Shown here: positions 47,301-59,300 of the stretch, piece after piece
Layout: each line of letters opens with the position of its first letter
Position numbering within the stretch: position 1 is the first letter of the stretch
Source: Podarcis muralis
Taxonomy: Eukaryota
DNA: 64,000 nt
Direction: 5' to 3'
Assembly (NCBI RefSeq): GCF_964188315.1
Contig: NC_135660.1
Coordinates: forward strand, 36,518,001-36,582,000
Notes under the pieces: generated by a model
Told to the model about the DNA's origin: nothing
The model's input: only the letters and a program-made list of their open reading frames with translations
Databases searched by the model: none
Made by a program: the position numbers and the translations under genes

Positions 47301-50300
47301 GTCTTGTAGCCATTCTTTTGTGAGCAGTCAGGTGGAAATTAATCACAGTACTTGCACAGCCAAATCCCATCCCTCTAACTCAGGGTGGAGAACTTCAGGC
47401 TGAAGACCAAATGTGGCCCTCCAAGCCTCTCTAACTGGCCCTTGGGAATCTTCTCAGGCCATGCCCCTCACCAGCCTTGCTGTCCCCTTGAGAAGGGAGG
47501 AAATGTCCTGTTGCATGAGTGCCACACACACAACTTAGATGAATCCTGCCCAGAGTCTTATTTGTTGCTCTGCCCTCTCACTCACCACTGACTTGTGGCC
47601 CCTGGGAAGTCCCCCAGAAAGGAATGTGGCCCCTGGACTGAAAAGGTTTTTGCACCAGGGTGCTCCTGTGCTAGATGTATGGGGCAGTTTGCAGAGGATG
47701 TGGCCAAGTTCAGCATGGGACACACCACTCACCATTTCTTGCATGTGAGGAACTGCATGGGGATAGTCTATATTCTTCAGTCCTAATGTCTTTTAACCTT
47801 CAGATGCTCCAGAAAAAATCAGAGAGCCTCTTCTAACTAAATTATCCCCATGTACTCATCTGCCATTATGTTAATGCAATGCGAGCCTCAGCAGATGGTA
47901 CAAAGTAAATTATGGAGGGGGGGGGGGCGGAAAGCAAAATTGACCTTTCTAGGACTTGCTGCTGTTCAACAATATAGCTTCAAAACGGTGCTTCAAATCC
48001 TAGTTGGTGTAAAGAGAGAGAGAACTGGTGCATAGGTAACAGAGCAAGGGAACATTTCTGATCTTCATGTACCTGCACATTTGTTCAAAGAGCCCAGCGT
48101 ATCCCTCGCAAATGCTCTTTCCGCTCTGGAGAACATCCTTGGGCTTGAAAGACTGCTGGTCTTTGTTAAAGAAGCCCACAATATCATATTCTGGGGAGCA
48201 AAGGTTGAAAGTTTAACCACAGGTGTAAAGTAAACAAATAGACAAAGTGAAACAAGGGTCATTCAGACCTGTGCTAAGTAACCAGGAAGTATTCACATAC
48301 AAACAGGTACAACAGATGTTTACTTAGGGTGGGATTCACCTAAGGAAGCCTGTCAGTGGAAGCCCTTGGTAATGTGCAACAGATACTGACACTCTGTTGT
48401 TAAAGAACAAGAACAAAACAACTTTTCCCATCCAAATTAGACTGCTGAAATGAAGAAACTTAACCAGGAGAAATGCATTATTGTGTAAAAGGACTGTGAA
48501 TTCAGTTAACTTCTGTTGCTGAAAACAAAACTCCTAGCACTACGTTCAGTGTGCTCAGAGTCACCCTGTTCTTTAATTGCAACGGGGATGTCTTTTGTGT
48601 CTGGGTCTGGTTGATAGATACTGGTTGAGATTCTAACAGGGGTGGGAATCAAAATAGGTCTGAGCAGCCTGAAGTTTGCTTTGCCCCAGGGATAGATGCA
48701 CCACCAAATCTAAATTCCTGCTAGGCTCTCACCAGTAGGACAAAAAGTGAAGAGAGGGCGGCTCTTTTCTTTTTCAGTATACCAGTCCGTGGGTTGATGT
48801 ACTTTCCCTCCCTGTGTTGGTTGGAGAATGGGAGGGTTTCAGATCCAGCAGCTTTAAATCCCACAGTGACCTACCACTGGTGCACCCCTTTCCAGTGCTT
48901 TCTCTCACTGGACCTCAGCTGGAAATCCTCAGTGACAATTCTTCCTGCACTGCCTGGGAGGGGGTTTTCAAGGAAGGACCTCCCTCTCTGCCCAGAGACC
49001 ATAGAATTGCATCCTAAGGGAGAAGAACTGTTCAACCCTTTCTCCTTTGGCCAGTTCCTATTCCAAATTGCTACTTTTTTCTCCTTGCAGGAGAAAAGCT
49101 GTAGGCACCAATACAAACCCAATCTAGTATGAATCAACTGTCGTTTGTTTCATAAATAGTACTAAGAGCCTTCTGTGATGTCACAACACTATTTTTACAG
49201 CTGCGCCAGACTTGAATTGGGAAAGAATGGCCCACGGGAAGACAATATTTTACATCTGTATTTTCTGGGAAGGGACAGTTCTCTGAAAGGTATATGAGTG
49301 AGAAGATTACTGACAGAGAGCACTTTTTGCAGTGGTGGTAAAAACATTTCAAAGTTTCTTAAAATTCAGATTTTCCAGGCCTGGTGCATTTTCTTGACAT
49401 TCTCCCTCCCTCTATTACCAACACAATGTATAAACTGGGTTCTAGAACCACAGTGAAAGGCAAGCAACTGTTCAGCATTATCCACAGGTTCCAGGAAATG
49501 ATGGCATCCTCTGCTTACCTATATGATGGCATATCCATGTCCAAATGGCCCTAACCTTTTCCAGGTCGGTACGTGCTACGCGAAGCAAGGTTTTCACTAG
49601 CTCCTCCACAGTACTCTTGGCGGTCACCTGTATTATAGGAAAAATGTGGATAACTGGTGATTTCAAACCAACTGTGAAGGTTGGTTACCTTTTCTGCCTT
49701 CCTACAAAATTTAGAGGATCTCTCTTAGGGTCCACTACTTGGCAGAACCATTGACTTCATCAACAAAATCTCTGCTATGTTTCACAGAAAGCACATTAGC
49801 TTACAGGTGTGGGGAACCTGTGGCCCTTTGGAGGTTACAGAAGAAGAAGAAGAGTTTGGATTTGAAATCCCGCTTTATTACTACCCAAAGGAGTCTCAAA
49901 GCGGCTACCATTCTTCTTTCCCTTTCTCCCCCACAACAAACACTCTGTGAAGTGAGTGGGGCTGAGAGACTTCAAAGAAGTGTGACTGGCCCAAGGTCAC
50001 CCAGCAGCTGCATGTGGAGGAGCGGAGATGCGAACCTGGTTCCCCAGATTACGAGTCTACTGCTCTTAACCACTACACCACACTGGCTCTCAGCAGAACT
50101 ACAGCTCACGCCATCTCTGGTCATATGGCATGTTCATCAAACACAGTTGTAGTTCAGCAATGTCTGGGTGGCCAGAGGTTCCCTACACCTGGGTTACAGT
50201 TTGGCTCAGGACGGAGCCATTTTCTGTTTGTTTGTTTAGAAGCCCTATCTATTAGTCAGCAGGTTGGCATAAGGCACTCAGAACAGGGTTTTCCTCAGCT

Positions 50301-53300
50301 TCATCATGCTGTTCTTGGCAGCTTGCTGTGTTTTAAGAAGCAAGTCTTTTACAAGCTTCAAATATATTATTGGGTTGGGTTACTCTCTCCTATCCCGTGT
50401 ATGCCCTTCAGATACGTTTAGACACTATTCTATAACTAGATTCTATTTAAACTGTTTCCTTTCACATGGTATGATGGTTGTCAGCCAGACCTGCTCAACC
50501 CTCAGGCCAATATGAGATTCTGTTACTGTACAATTTCCTTTGCCAGCCAATGAAAGTGTGTTGTATCTGTTCTAAAAGATCTGGAAGCCACATACTCAGC
50601 GGACACCTCATCCTGGGCTGATGCTGTCTTTGTGAGAAATATTTAGCAAGTTGTTTATGGAGTTGCCAGTGAAATTTTTGTCCAAAGTGGAATTGGAAGC
50701 AAATTTTGGAGCTTCTCCTGAAGTGAAACATCTGAGGGGAGCCAAACAACATTTTGATAAGACTTGTGGAGTTTCTCAGCAGCTTTTAAGGTTGTCCTCA
50801 GATTTTGCCTAAAGCAAAACATTTGGAAGTGCTTCCTCAGGGAAATATCATCTGAGGAATTACTAGGGAAAGGGATCATTACTCAGTAGTAGAGCTCTTA
50901 CTTTGCAGGTCCAATGCCTCACATCTCCTGTTCAAAGGACCAGACTAGGGTCCTCCAGATGTTGTTGGACTGCATTTCCTATCACCCCTCATCATTGGCC
51001 ACACTCTCTTGGGGCTGATGGTGTCTGGAAAGCACTAGGCTGGGGAAGGGCGAGGCAGCAAGTAATTTGAAATGTCTCTTTCAAATGGAGAACTGCTTCC
51101 AGTCAGAACTGGCAATACTTGGTCTAAGGGAGCTTGGGATAAGGAGGGAAGAGTTCCAATCAGATGATTGCGGAAGGGTATTCTTAATGCAGAATCTGAA
51201 AGATGCCTCAGGAACACACAAATGAAATTCAAAGGACTATTTGTGTTTTGCCCACTATTCAAGTGGAAGAGTTTGTCTGAAGGAGTTGATATGAGCAATA
51301 GACTCTGCAATCATCAGACTTCAACAAATTGTATTATAACTTCTCAAAAATGTGATGATGATTGCAGAGTATTCTGCATAGATAACTCAGTCCATAACCC
51401 AGTTCCAAGGATCATGAATTTATGTTAAAGGCCAGTTCCTGTAATCTTTTTTTTCAAAGTGGTTATTATTGTTATTAAAATATTTAAATTAACACTCTGC
51501 TGACTGGTTTTTAATTCACTACACAATTGGCTTCTCAGCATATTTACCAGCAGGCATGTAGCTTTTTGCACACAGTGTTGTAAAAAATAATAATTGAACT
51601 GATATATCTGATCATTCAGACAACCAAATTCCACAAGCATTCCATTGTGTAATTACTAGAATATATGCAGTATATATCTGGTGCTGGAGTTTTAGAAATG
51701 ATGGGAAGCAGAGTTTGAATTCATGATGTCATGACCTCCATTTATGTTTTTACCTTTGTTGCATATGCATCTAATTTCTCAAAGTCCTTTAGGTCAAAAG
51801 GTATGGATTTCAAGCATGACTTGTCCCATGGGTAAGCTAGGAGAAAAAACACATGTCATCGGTAATAATTATTCTGGAAAGGAAGAAACATTTCAGCTAG
51901 ACAAACACTCTAGCAAGCATAAACCAGATCTATACTAAAGTCGTTTTCACATGCAAGGTTTACAATAGTTTAAGTTTCCCTCCATTTATTATGTAAAAAG
52001 AAATAAAAGTCCACTAGCAACTGAAAAGGCTAATAAATATATAGTGGCATAAGCTTCCTTTGCCCAGAGCCTGTTTCATCAGATGCATGGAGCACTGAGC
52101 AGGTAAGTTTATACACGAACTAGGAATGAGGAAACTCCAGCCTATGCGCCAGTTGTGCTGTAGTAGGGGGTCCAATTTGGCCTGTGAGGCCATGTCTCCC
52201 AAACCACGTCCACTTGTCAATCAACTGATAACATGCTGGGCAGGAGGGCTGGGTTCGATTACACAATCCCAGGAGTCCTTGCGCCAACCATTGAGGCCTC
52301 TGGAGAGTTGGAGGTTTGGAGGGTGTTTGCAGGTTTTTTCAATGGTGTTCCCAATATATACAGTTTCACGTAAACACACAGTGCCTCAGAGCATAGCCCC
52401 CGTGTAAATGGGGAGTTGCCTGTATTGCATTGGCTTTGCGCACCTTTTCCCAATTTATAAACGTTAAGGCACAAAGGGGAGGCAAAAGGTTTCTTGATTA
52501 AGCGGGGACCAAAAGGCTAAGTAATGGAGGAGATTTGCATCAGCTGCAACACATGCAGAACACAGAAGATGAAATCAGATCTGATCAGCTTTGTAAAAAC
52601 ATTTTCCCTATGCAACTATGTGCATCCCTACCTACACAGGCTATTGCTTCATGTAAATAGCCTATGCCCGAAATCCTATGCACTATGTCCTGGGACTAAA
52701 TCAATTTGAATAGGTATTCTATCTGAGTAGACATGCATAGAATTGTGTTCATGATGGCTACTAGCTTAGGTCAGTTTAAAAGGGGATTATGCAAATTGAT
52801 ACAGGCTAGGTCTGCCAATGGCTGTTGGGCATCATGGCTCTATGGAACTTCTAGGCAGCTGCTCCATTAGGCAAAATTGGGCACTGCTGCACCAACCCCA
52901 GCCTGCCCTCAGCCAGCCCCACCTAACTGCCTTATTTACAGCCAGTCTATTTACTGCCTGTCAGTTTCCTCTTCCTTCGTCTCGGTGTTGCTTTCCTGGA
53001 ACTCAGCAAGGGGGAGGATGGAGACAAAACTAGAAAAAGCTGCCTCTGCCTCTGCCTCTCGTTGGTTCTGCCTCCACCTGTAATGGGCTCTGGTTCTTGA
53101 CCTCCCTGCTTTCTGCCCCATCAGCCACCACTGCCTCTTGGTAAATATGCAGAATGCCACTGAATGACAGGCCACAGTAGGAGAGGCTGATTGCCTCAAT
53201 TCCCTGCTTCTGAGCTTCCCAGAGGCATCTGGTTGGGCCCAAATGTTCTGACAGATCTGCAGAGGATCAGATTTGTATATTGCCATTATGTTGACTGTTC

Positions 53301-56300
53301 ATAGATGCACAGCCAACACAAGCCATCTATGCTGTGTTGTGTGAATCAGCTATATATCAGCTGATGCACTTAGGTGCTAAATAGTCTCTACTGCAAATTG
53401 GCAGCTTCACGGGCCCAGGAACAATGTCCAGGAGTAGTCTAACTGCATCACACCTCTCCTGATTTTAAAGCCAAGTAGCACACGACTCTCTTGCTCTCTC
53501 TCCATCCCTAACACACCTTTTCTGCTGTGTCTGACCTTTGGGGAATGGGCAGGCAGAGCTGAAGAAAACCTCAGTGTCAGAAGCCTGTGTGTCTCACTAT
53601 TCCTCAGGCTTGGTTCAACCTCATTTCCAGACTGTGATTAGTGATGGAGCAACCACAGGCAAGAGGGTGTGCGCTGTCACCTCATGTACCAAACAGCCAT
53701 CTGTCTGTCTCAAACCAGCACTCAAGCACAAGGCATCTGTCTCTTTAACAGGCTTGTTTGTTTATCTGGCCTTTCGCTGAAGAGGGCTATTACACTGACC
53801 TAAAGAGAGCTAAAGCAGATTTACGCACTTAAAAGGTTCCTGCTCTATACAGCTCAGAAAATTACTTTTTTGCCATTTGGGAGCGGGTAGTTTCTTCAAA
53901 TTGGTGATCAGTTTTAGTCTTTGTCAGGTTATAACTGAAAAGGCTCCCTACAGCTGCAGAATTCACAATAACTCTTACAGTCACACACTGTTACCATTAG
54001 CAGCCAGAATTGTGTACTAGGCCTCCGATATGCTGTGCAAACTGGAGCAAGGCAATATTTAAGCACAAATAACATTGGCAGGCACTGACTATACCAATTT
54101 CGAATGTTTAATTGGAGGCCTATCTTAAAAGCAGCCTGCTCAGCTAAAACACTTGCTCATCAAACTTCTGAAAAGGGCTGTGCGTGGTCAGGTTATGGTG
54201 ATGCATACAACTTGCCATCAACCAAGTGAGGTTGCATCTCCACAAGGACTGGCTCCAGGCTGGAGGGGTTTCTGGTCAAAGTACCATCTAGTGGGCCCCC
54301 TCTTACACTGGTGGGCTCCCTCAGCTGTACTTGGCTGTGGTGGCGGTGGTGACAGAAACAGCACTCCAGGAGAGACCAGGCACTGCCATTTTATTTCACC
54401 ATAATGCCCTAGAGCATTTCATGTAGCTGTTATTGGGGGGTTGGGGTTGGGGGGGGGGAGTAGGCTGAATGCCTGAACCCTTTCTAATTCTTGGAATAGC
54501 CAGGCCAGCTTCTTGGTGAGGTGTCAGCTTGGGTGATGGGCCATTAAACAGAACAAAGGAAAGGGCTTTGTGTGAGATAGCAAATGGGTGGGTAGTTAGA
54601 AGGCCAAAGGCAGAGTTGAAAGCTGAGAGTTGGGTGATGTGAGCTAAACACTAGAGCAAGGTTACTAGACGTCCCCATTTCCCGGGGATAGTCCCTGGAT
54701 TTACAAATCAGTCCCCATACAAAATCAATTGAAGTTGAAAAGTGTCCCCAAATTCATTGAAAAAAATCTAGTAACCTTACACTAGAGGCAAAGCAGAGAA
54801 AGATGTTTGGTTTCTGCAGGAATTAAAGGCTGTGGCTAATGGCGAAGCAAGGCCCTCTTGGGGTGTTAATGCTGTGAAGCCTCTCTATCATAGGCTCAGG
54901 TTGCTTATATATGTGTATATAAACCACATATCATAAAGACACCACAGTCTCTGCTGTGCCTCATTCCAAAGGAAACACAAACCTTGGGTAAGCACCTAGA
55001 CTCAGGCCACTTGGGGACTGGGGTGGCATGCAATGGAGTGTTCACTTCAGGGTGCTGTGGGACATTAAAATGGAGTCTCACAGGCCCAGATGCTCAAGGT
55101 GGAGGGTCCAACGCAGGCATAAGTGCTGGTGGACCCCATTGGAACAATGGGGCAGTGGCCTAGGATGCCAGATGCTGATTTCCACCATGGCTGCTGTGCT
55201 TTATACATTCACTCCCTAATAATCAGCTGTATTTGTAACTAAGAAATGCGGAGGTGTAATCTGAGAGCAGGATTTCCTTCTCAGCCAAATTGCCAATGCA
55301 TTGATGGCATTTTCAAAAGCTTAGTAAGTTTAGCCTCCTGGAACTCATCGGCACCAGCATCCTTGCTTTGAGTCATCAGAGAGGACACACCCCTTGATCC
55401 ATGCTGCATACACAGTTCTTTTAAATCACATTACTTCCCCCAAAGAATCCTGTGGTTTGTTAAGGTTTCTGGGAGCTGTAGCTCTGGGAAAGATAAACTA
55501 CGGTTCCCAGGGTCCTTTGGGGAAAGCCATGTGATTTAAATGTATGTTGTGTATGCAGTCTCAGGCATCTTTCTGGGGAGCTGTGGGTGGCAACAATGCT
55601 CTTGCTGCTGCTCATGAGGATTGCCATCTAAACAGATGGAAAGTGCTGTCAGGTCAGTTCCCAAACCGCTTCAAAGATAACAGAGCTGGCAGCACAGAAA
55701 AACTGTCCAATGGCGAACATGTGGCAAGGAGCACCACATGGGCAGCCTTGGGTGCTGAATGCAAACTTTGCTCTGAACTCCATTTGTTTTGTGTGTGCAT
55801 TTTTTTTCTTAAAAGGATGCTTCCCGTTTTGTATATTGTTGTTTCCTCTGTGAAATCTGTACTGTAGGAGTAGGAGCGATGGTATAATGCAACTCTATAG
55901 TTACCATGCTGGTCTTTCAAACCCGGTGGACGGGGTCTGCGTTTTCTGTTCTCTGGAAAACATATGAAATTGTGAAAAGCATGTGAGATAGGTGAATGGA
56001 TGTAAAATGAATTGAAGTAGAAAGACAAAAGAGAAGTGAGAAAGGAGAGTAGGCCTACAGAACAAGTACTTAATTAATTGACACTGATTTGTTCAAGAGG
56101 TCATCACACTAAAACCCCACATGGCATTTTCCTAGTCTCAGTGTGGTGTGGCAGCCATGAGCATATGATCACGTGAAAAGCATGCTGAAAGTGTTTCTTT
56201 TGCCATGAGTTGCGGACATCTTTTGAACTCTCAACTATTTGTGTTCCCATCATCTCTGGGATATCAGCTCACTAACATGCCCAAACCATTTTAAAGGGCT

Positions 56301-59300
56301 GAGTATAGTCTCATATGTGGAAGATTTTACTTATTTACTTCTTGCTCTCTTTCTCGCTCTCTCCTACTAAATATAGTAAGAGGAAAGGTTGGGAAATTGG
56401 CCCTACAAAGATGGAACAATTCTCCAATAATAAAAGTGCAAAAGTGACTGAAGCTTTTTGTATGAGAAAATAAACGAGTGTATTCTTTTCTGCCATTAGT
56501 AGAGTTGGGTTGGTGGAATCCAGATTGGAGGGGTATGGAATAGGTAGGTCAATTTTGGAAGAGTGATCATTTTGATCATGGCTATTTTATCTGACAGAGT
56601 GAAGATAATATGGTTCCATCTCCTCAGGTCATTGTTAATTTGTCGCCACAGGGCTTTGTAGTTGTGGAGGTAGTTTGTTGAGGTTTCTGGTTATTTGTAC
56701 CTCTAAGTATCTGAATTTGGTATGGCAGATTTTTATCTTTGTGATGTTGGAAAATTATTTTTGTATATGAGGTGGGGTGTTGAAACACATAGCCTCAGAC
56801 TTGGCAAAGTTTACTTGTAAGCCCAACACCACTGCAAATGTGTTGAGTTCCTTGGTTAGGGTGATTGCTGTATTTGTGGGGTCTGGTGTCATGACCATCA
56901 GACCATCTGCGAAGGTAGGCCACTATTAATACCCCACATATCACAGTGGAGGAATTGTGAATAAGAGAAAGTGTCTTTCCTAAGGCTACCTAGCGAGTCT
57001 GCAGAAGATTTGAAGACTCCCTCTTTCATAGCTCAGTTTCTTTACTACAGCTCAACGTGAGCTCCTGCATATAATTTAATATGAGATATTTTGCCTTTAT
57101 CAAGGAACTAGTCAATTTATTTTTATTGTTGTGAGAACAAGGGAACAAAAAAATAAATAAATGTGTAAGAATTGTGACAAAACAAAATATTGATTTTTAA
57201 AAGCGGCATACCTTTCCCAAAGGAGAGTTTTTTGAATAACTGTGGGGTAGAATTTCTAGCATGTACTTCTACTGTCACGTGGGTTCCTGAAACAAGCAAG
57301 AATTTGTGAAGCTGGTCAGTACTGGGAAACGTAATTCAGCATGTAAGCATCATGCCTTGCATCCAAGGCAGTGAGAGCCCAAGGATGAAAGTGTTAGGAT
57401 AATCCTGCATTCCTCCTTCCTACTGTAACCCCAAAATGCTAGGAGCTGTGGTGATAGTGGGAATGAAAGTAGTTTTGGGTAATTCTATCCTCCCACTACC
57501 ACTCCCTGTGCCACATTCCAGGCCTTCAGGGGGCAAAGGGGTTGCAGTGGGGAGAAGGAGAGCTGGAAAACCCTCTTAAACAAGCAGGTGTCCATTTGTG
57601 CAACACTTGTTACATTCCCATATGAAACAAAATGGCAGAAAAGGCCATTTTTCCAAGTCACAACCAGGACAATCCAAGTCACAATCCAGAACAATCAGCA
57701 ACTGAAAGGAATTGTTCCTTTGCAAGCGGGAGGATTGGTACACTAGAGAGTTTGCTGTCAGGAGCTGCCTGGTGCAGACAAGGCGGCTGGAGGAAGCTGT
57801 GTAGATTCAAAGTCCTTCCTCCAGTGCTTTGAATCCACACAGCTTCCTCTGCAGAGGGGGCAACACTCTGTTTAGAAAGTTTATGAGCTGGCTCCCCACA
57901 TAAATATGCTTCCTTTATGCTTGCTTTCAGTATAAGCTATTCAAGAGTTCAGATGTATAACTACCTCAAGCCAATTCTCATTTCTCAGCCTCTCTCAGAA
58001 GGGAACCATGAGGGACTTTCTTCAATCAAGACATATTTTGACAGTTGTATACCCCTTTGTGTTTGATATTTCCTCATCAAACAGAGAAATTTGACTGGGA
58101 GCCTCTGGGCACTTAACAGATGTTCTGTAGTTTCTTTGCAGACAATGAAGTGAAGTAATTGCCCTGTCAGTCCTTCATTCTTACTTCTTCCAGTTCTCTT
58201 TTAGTTTAGTAGAATCTTTTCTACTCTTTCTCCAGAAGGTATGGCTTACAATTGGGCTTGCAATATTATTATTTTTTTTAAGGAGCAGATTTGCAGCAAA
58301 AAGTCGTGGGATGGGGGTAGCCTTTAAGAAGATCATAGGAAGCTGCCTAATGACAAGTCAAATCACTGGTCCATCTAGTGCAAGGGAATTTTGAGAAAAT
58401 GCGGTGGACACCATCACAAAATGGCTGCCATGGGAAGCAGCCCATTCATAAAATGGCTGCTTTCATGGGCATAGCTATAGGACTTTTCTGAGGGACCTAC
58501 TGGGGATTCCAGGAATTGAACCTGTAAACATTTCATGCAAAGAATGTGCTATATCACTTCATGATGGCCATTCTGTTTTGGAGGATTAGAAAACTATCTG
58601 TATAATGTTCTTCCTCCAAGGGTAGGGTTGTCACAAAGCAGAAACCAGGACACCCTGAAAGTTGAGTTTTTTTGTGTGTTTTTTTACAAAAACACAAAAA
58701 AACATGATTTTTTTGATTTGCCTAAGATCCAGGACAATACACCGCCTTTCTGACATCAGTTCCGCTTTTGAAATCCTGGTAACGTCCAGGAAAATCCAGA
58801 CATATGGCAGCCCTATCCTAGGGGCATCTGACAGACTACTTATGAAGACAGAATGCTAGATTATTGAAATATGTTTGTTTTTTCTTCATTTTATAATGCA
58901 AACATTTTTTAAAAAATGAATGGAAGTTCTATAATTTTGGATCTTTAAGTATTTATTGTTACAATGAGAAATCATCAGGGAAAAAAGTAGTTTAAAATGC
59001 TTTTGAGATTGTATTACATACTCCTTTAGCAACTACATTTTGCCTCCATCAGTAACACAACATATTTAGATTGATCAGGCATGCAGGATTTTTTTTTTTT
59101 AAGTAGGCCTTCCCTCAACTTAGTCCTGCTTTCATAGATTAATTTCATTGAGTTTTTTCTTCTTCTTTTAACCTCTGTAATTTTGTAACATCTGGAGGGG
59201 TCATGGTGATTTTCCAAAATAGTATGCCATTTTTGCTCTGTTCAAATGTCTCTAAATGCTCTACAATTTCATGATATTCTAAGGTAAAAGCTGACTCCCA

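Noticed and set aside
54435-54458. G-quadruplex or telomere-like TTGGGG run
   Set aside because: A short G-run inside an LTR-like repeat, not vertebrate TTAGGG; common and uninformative.
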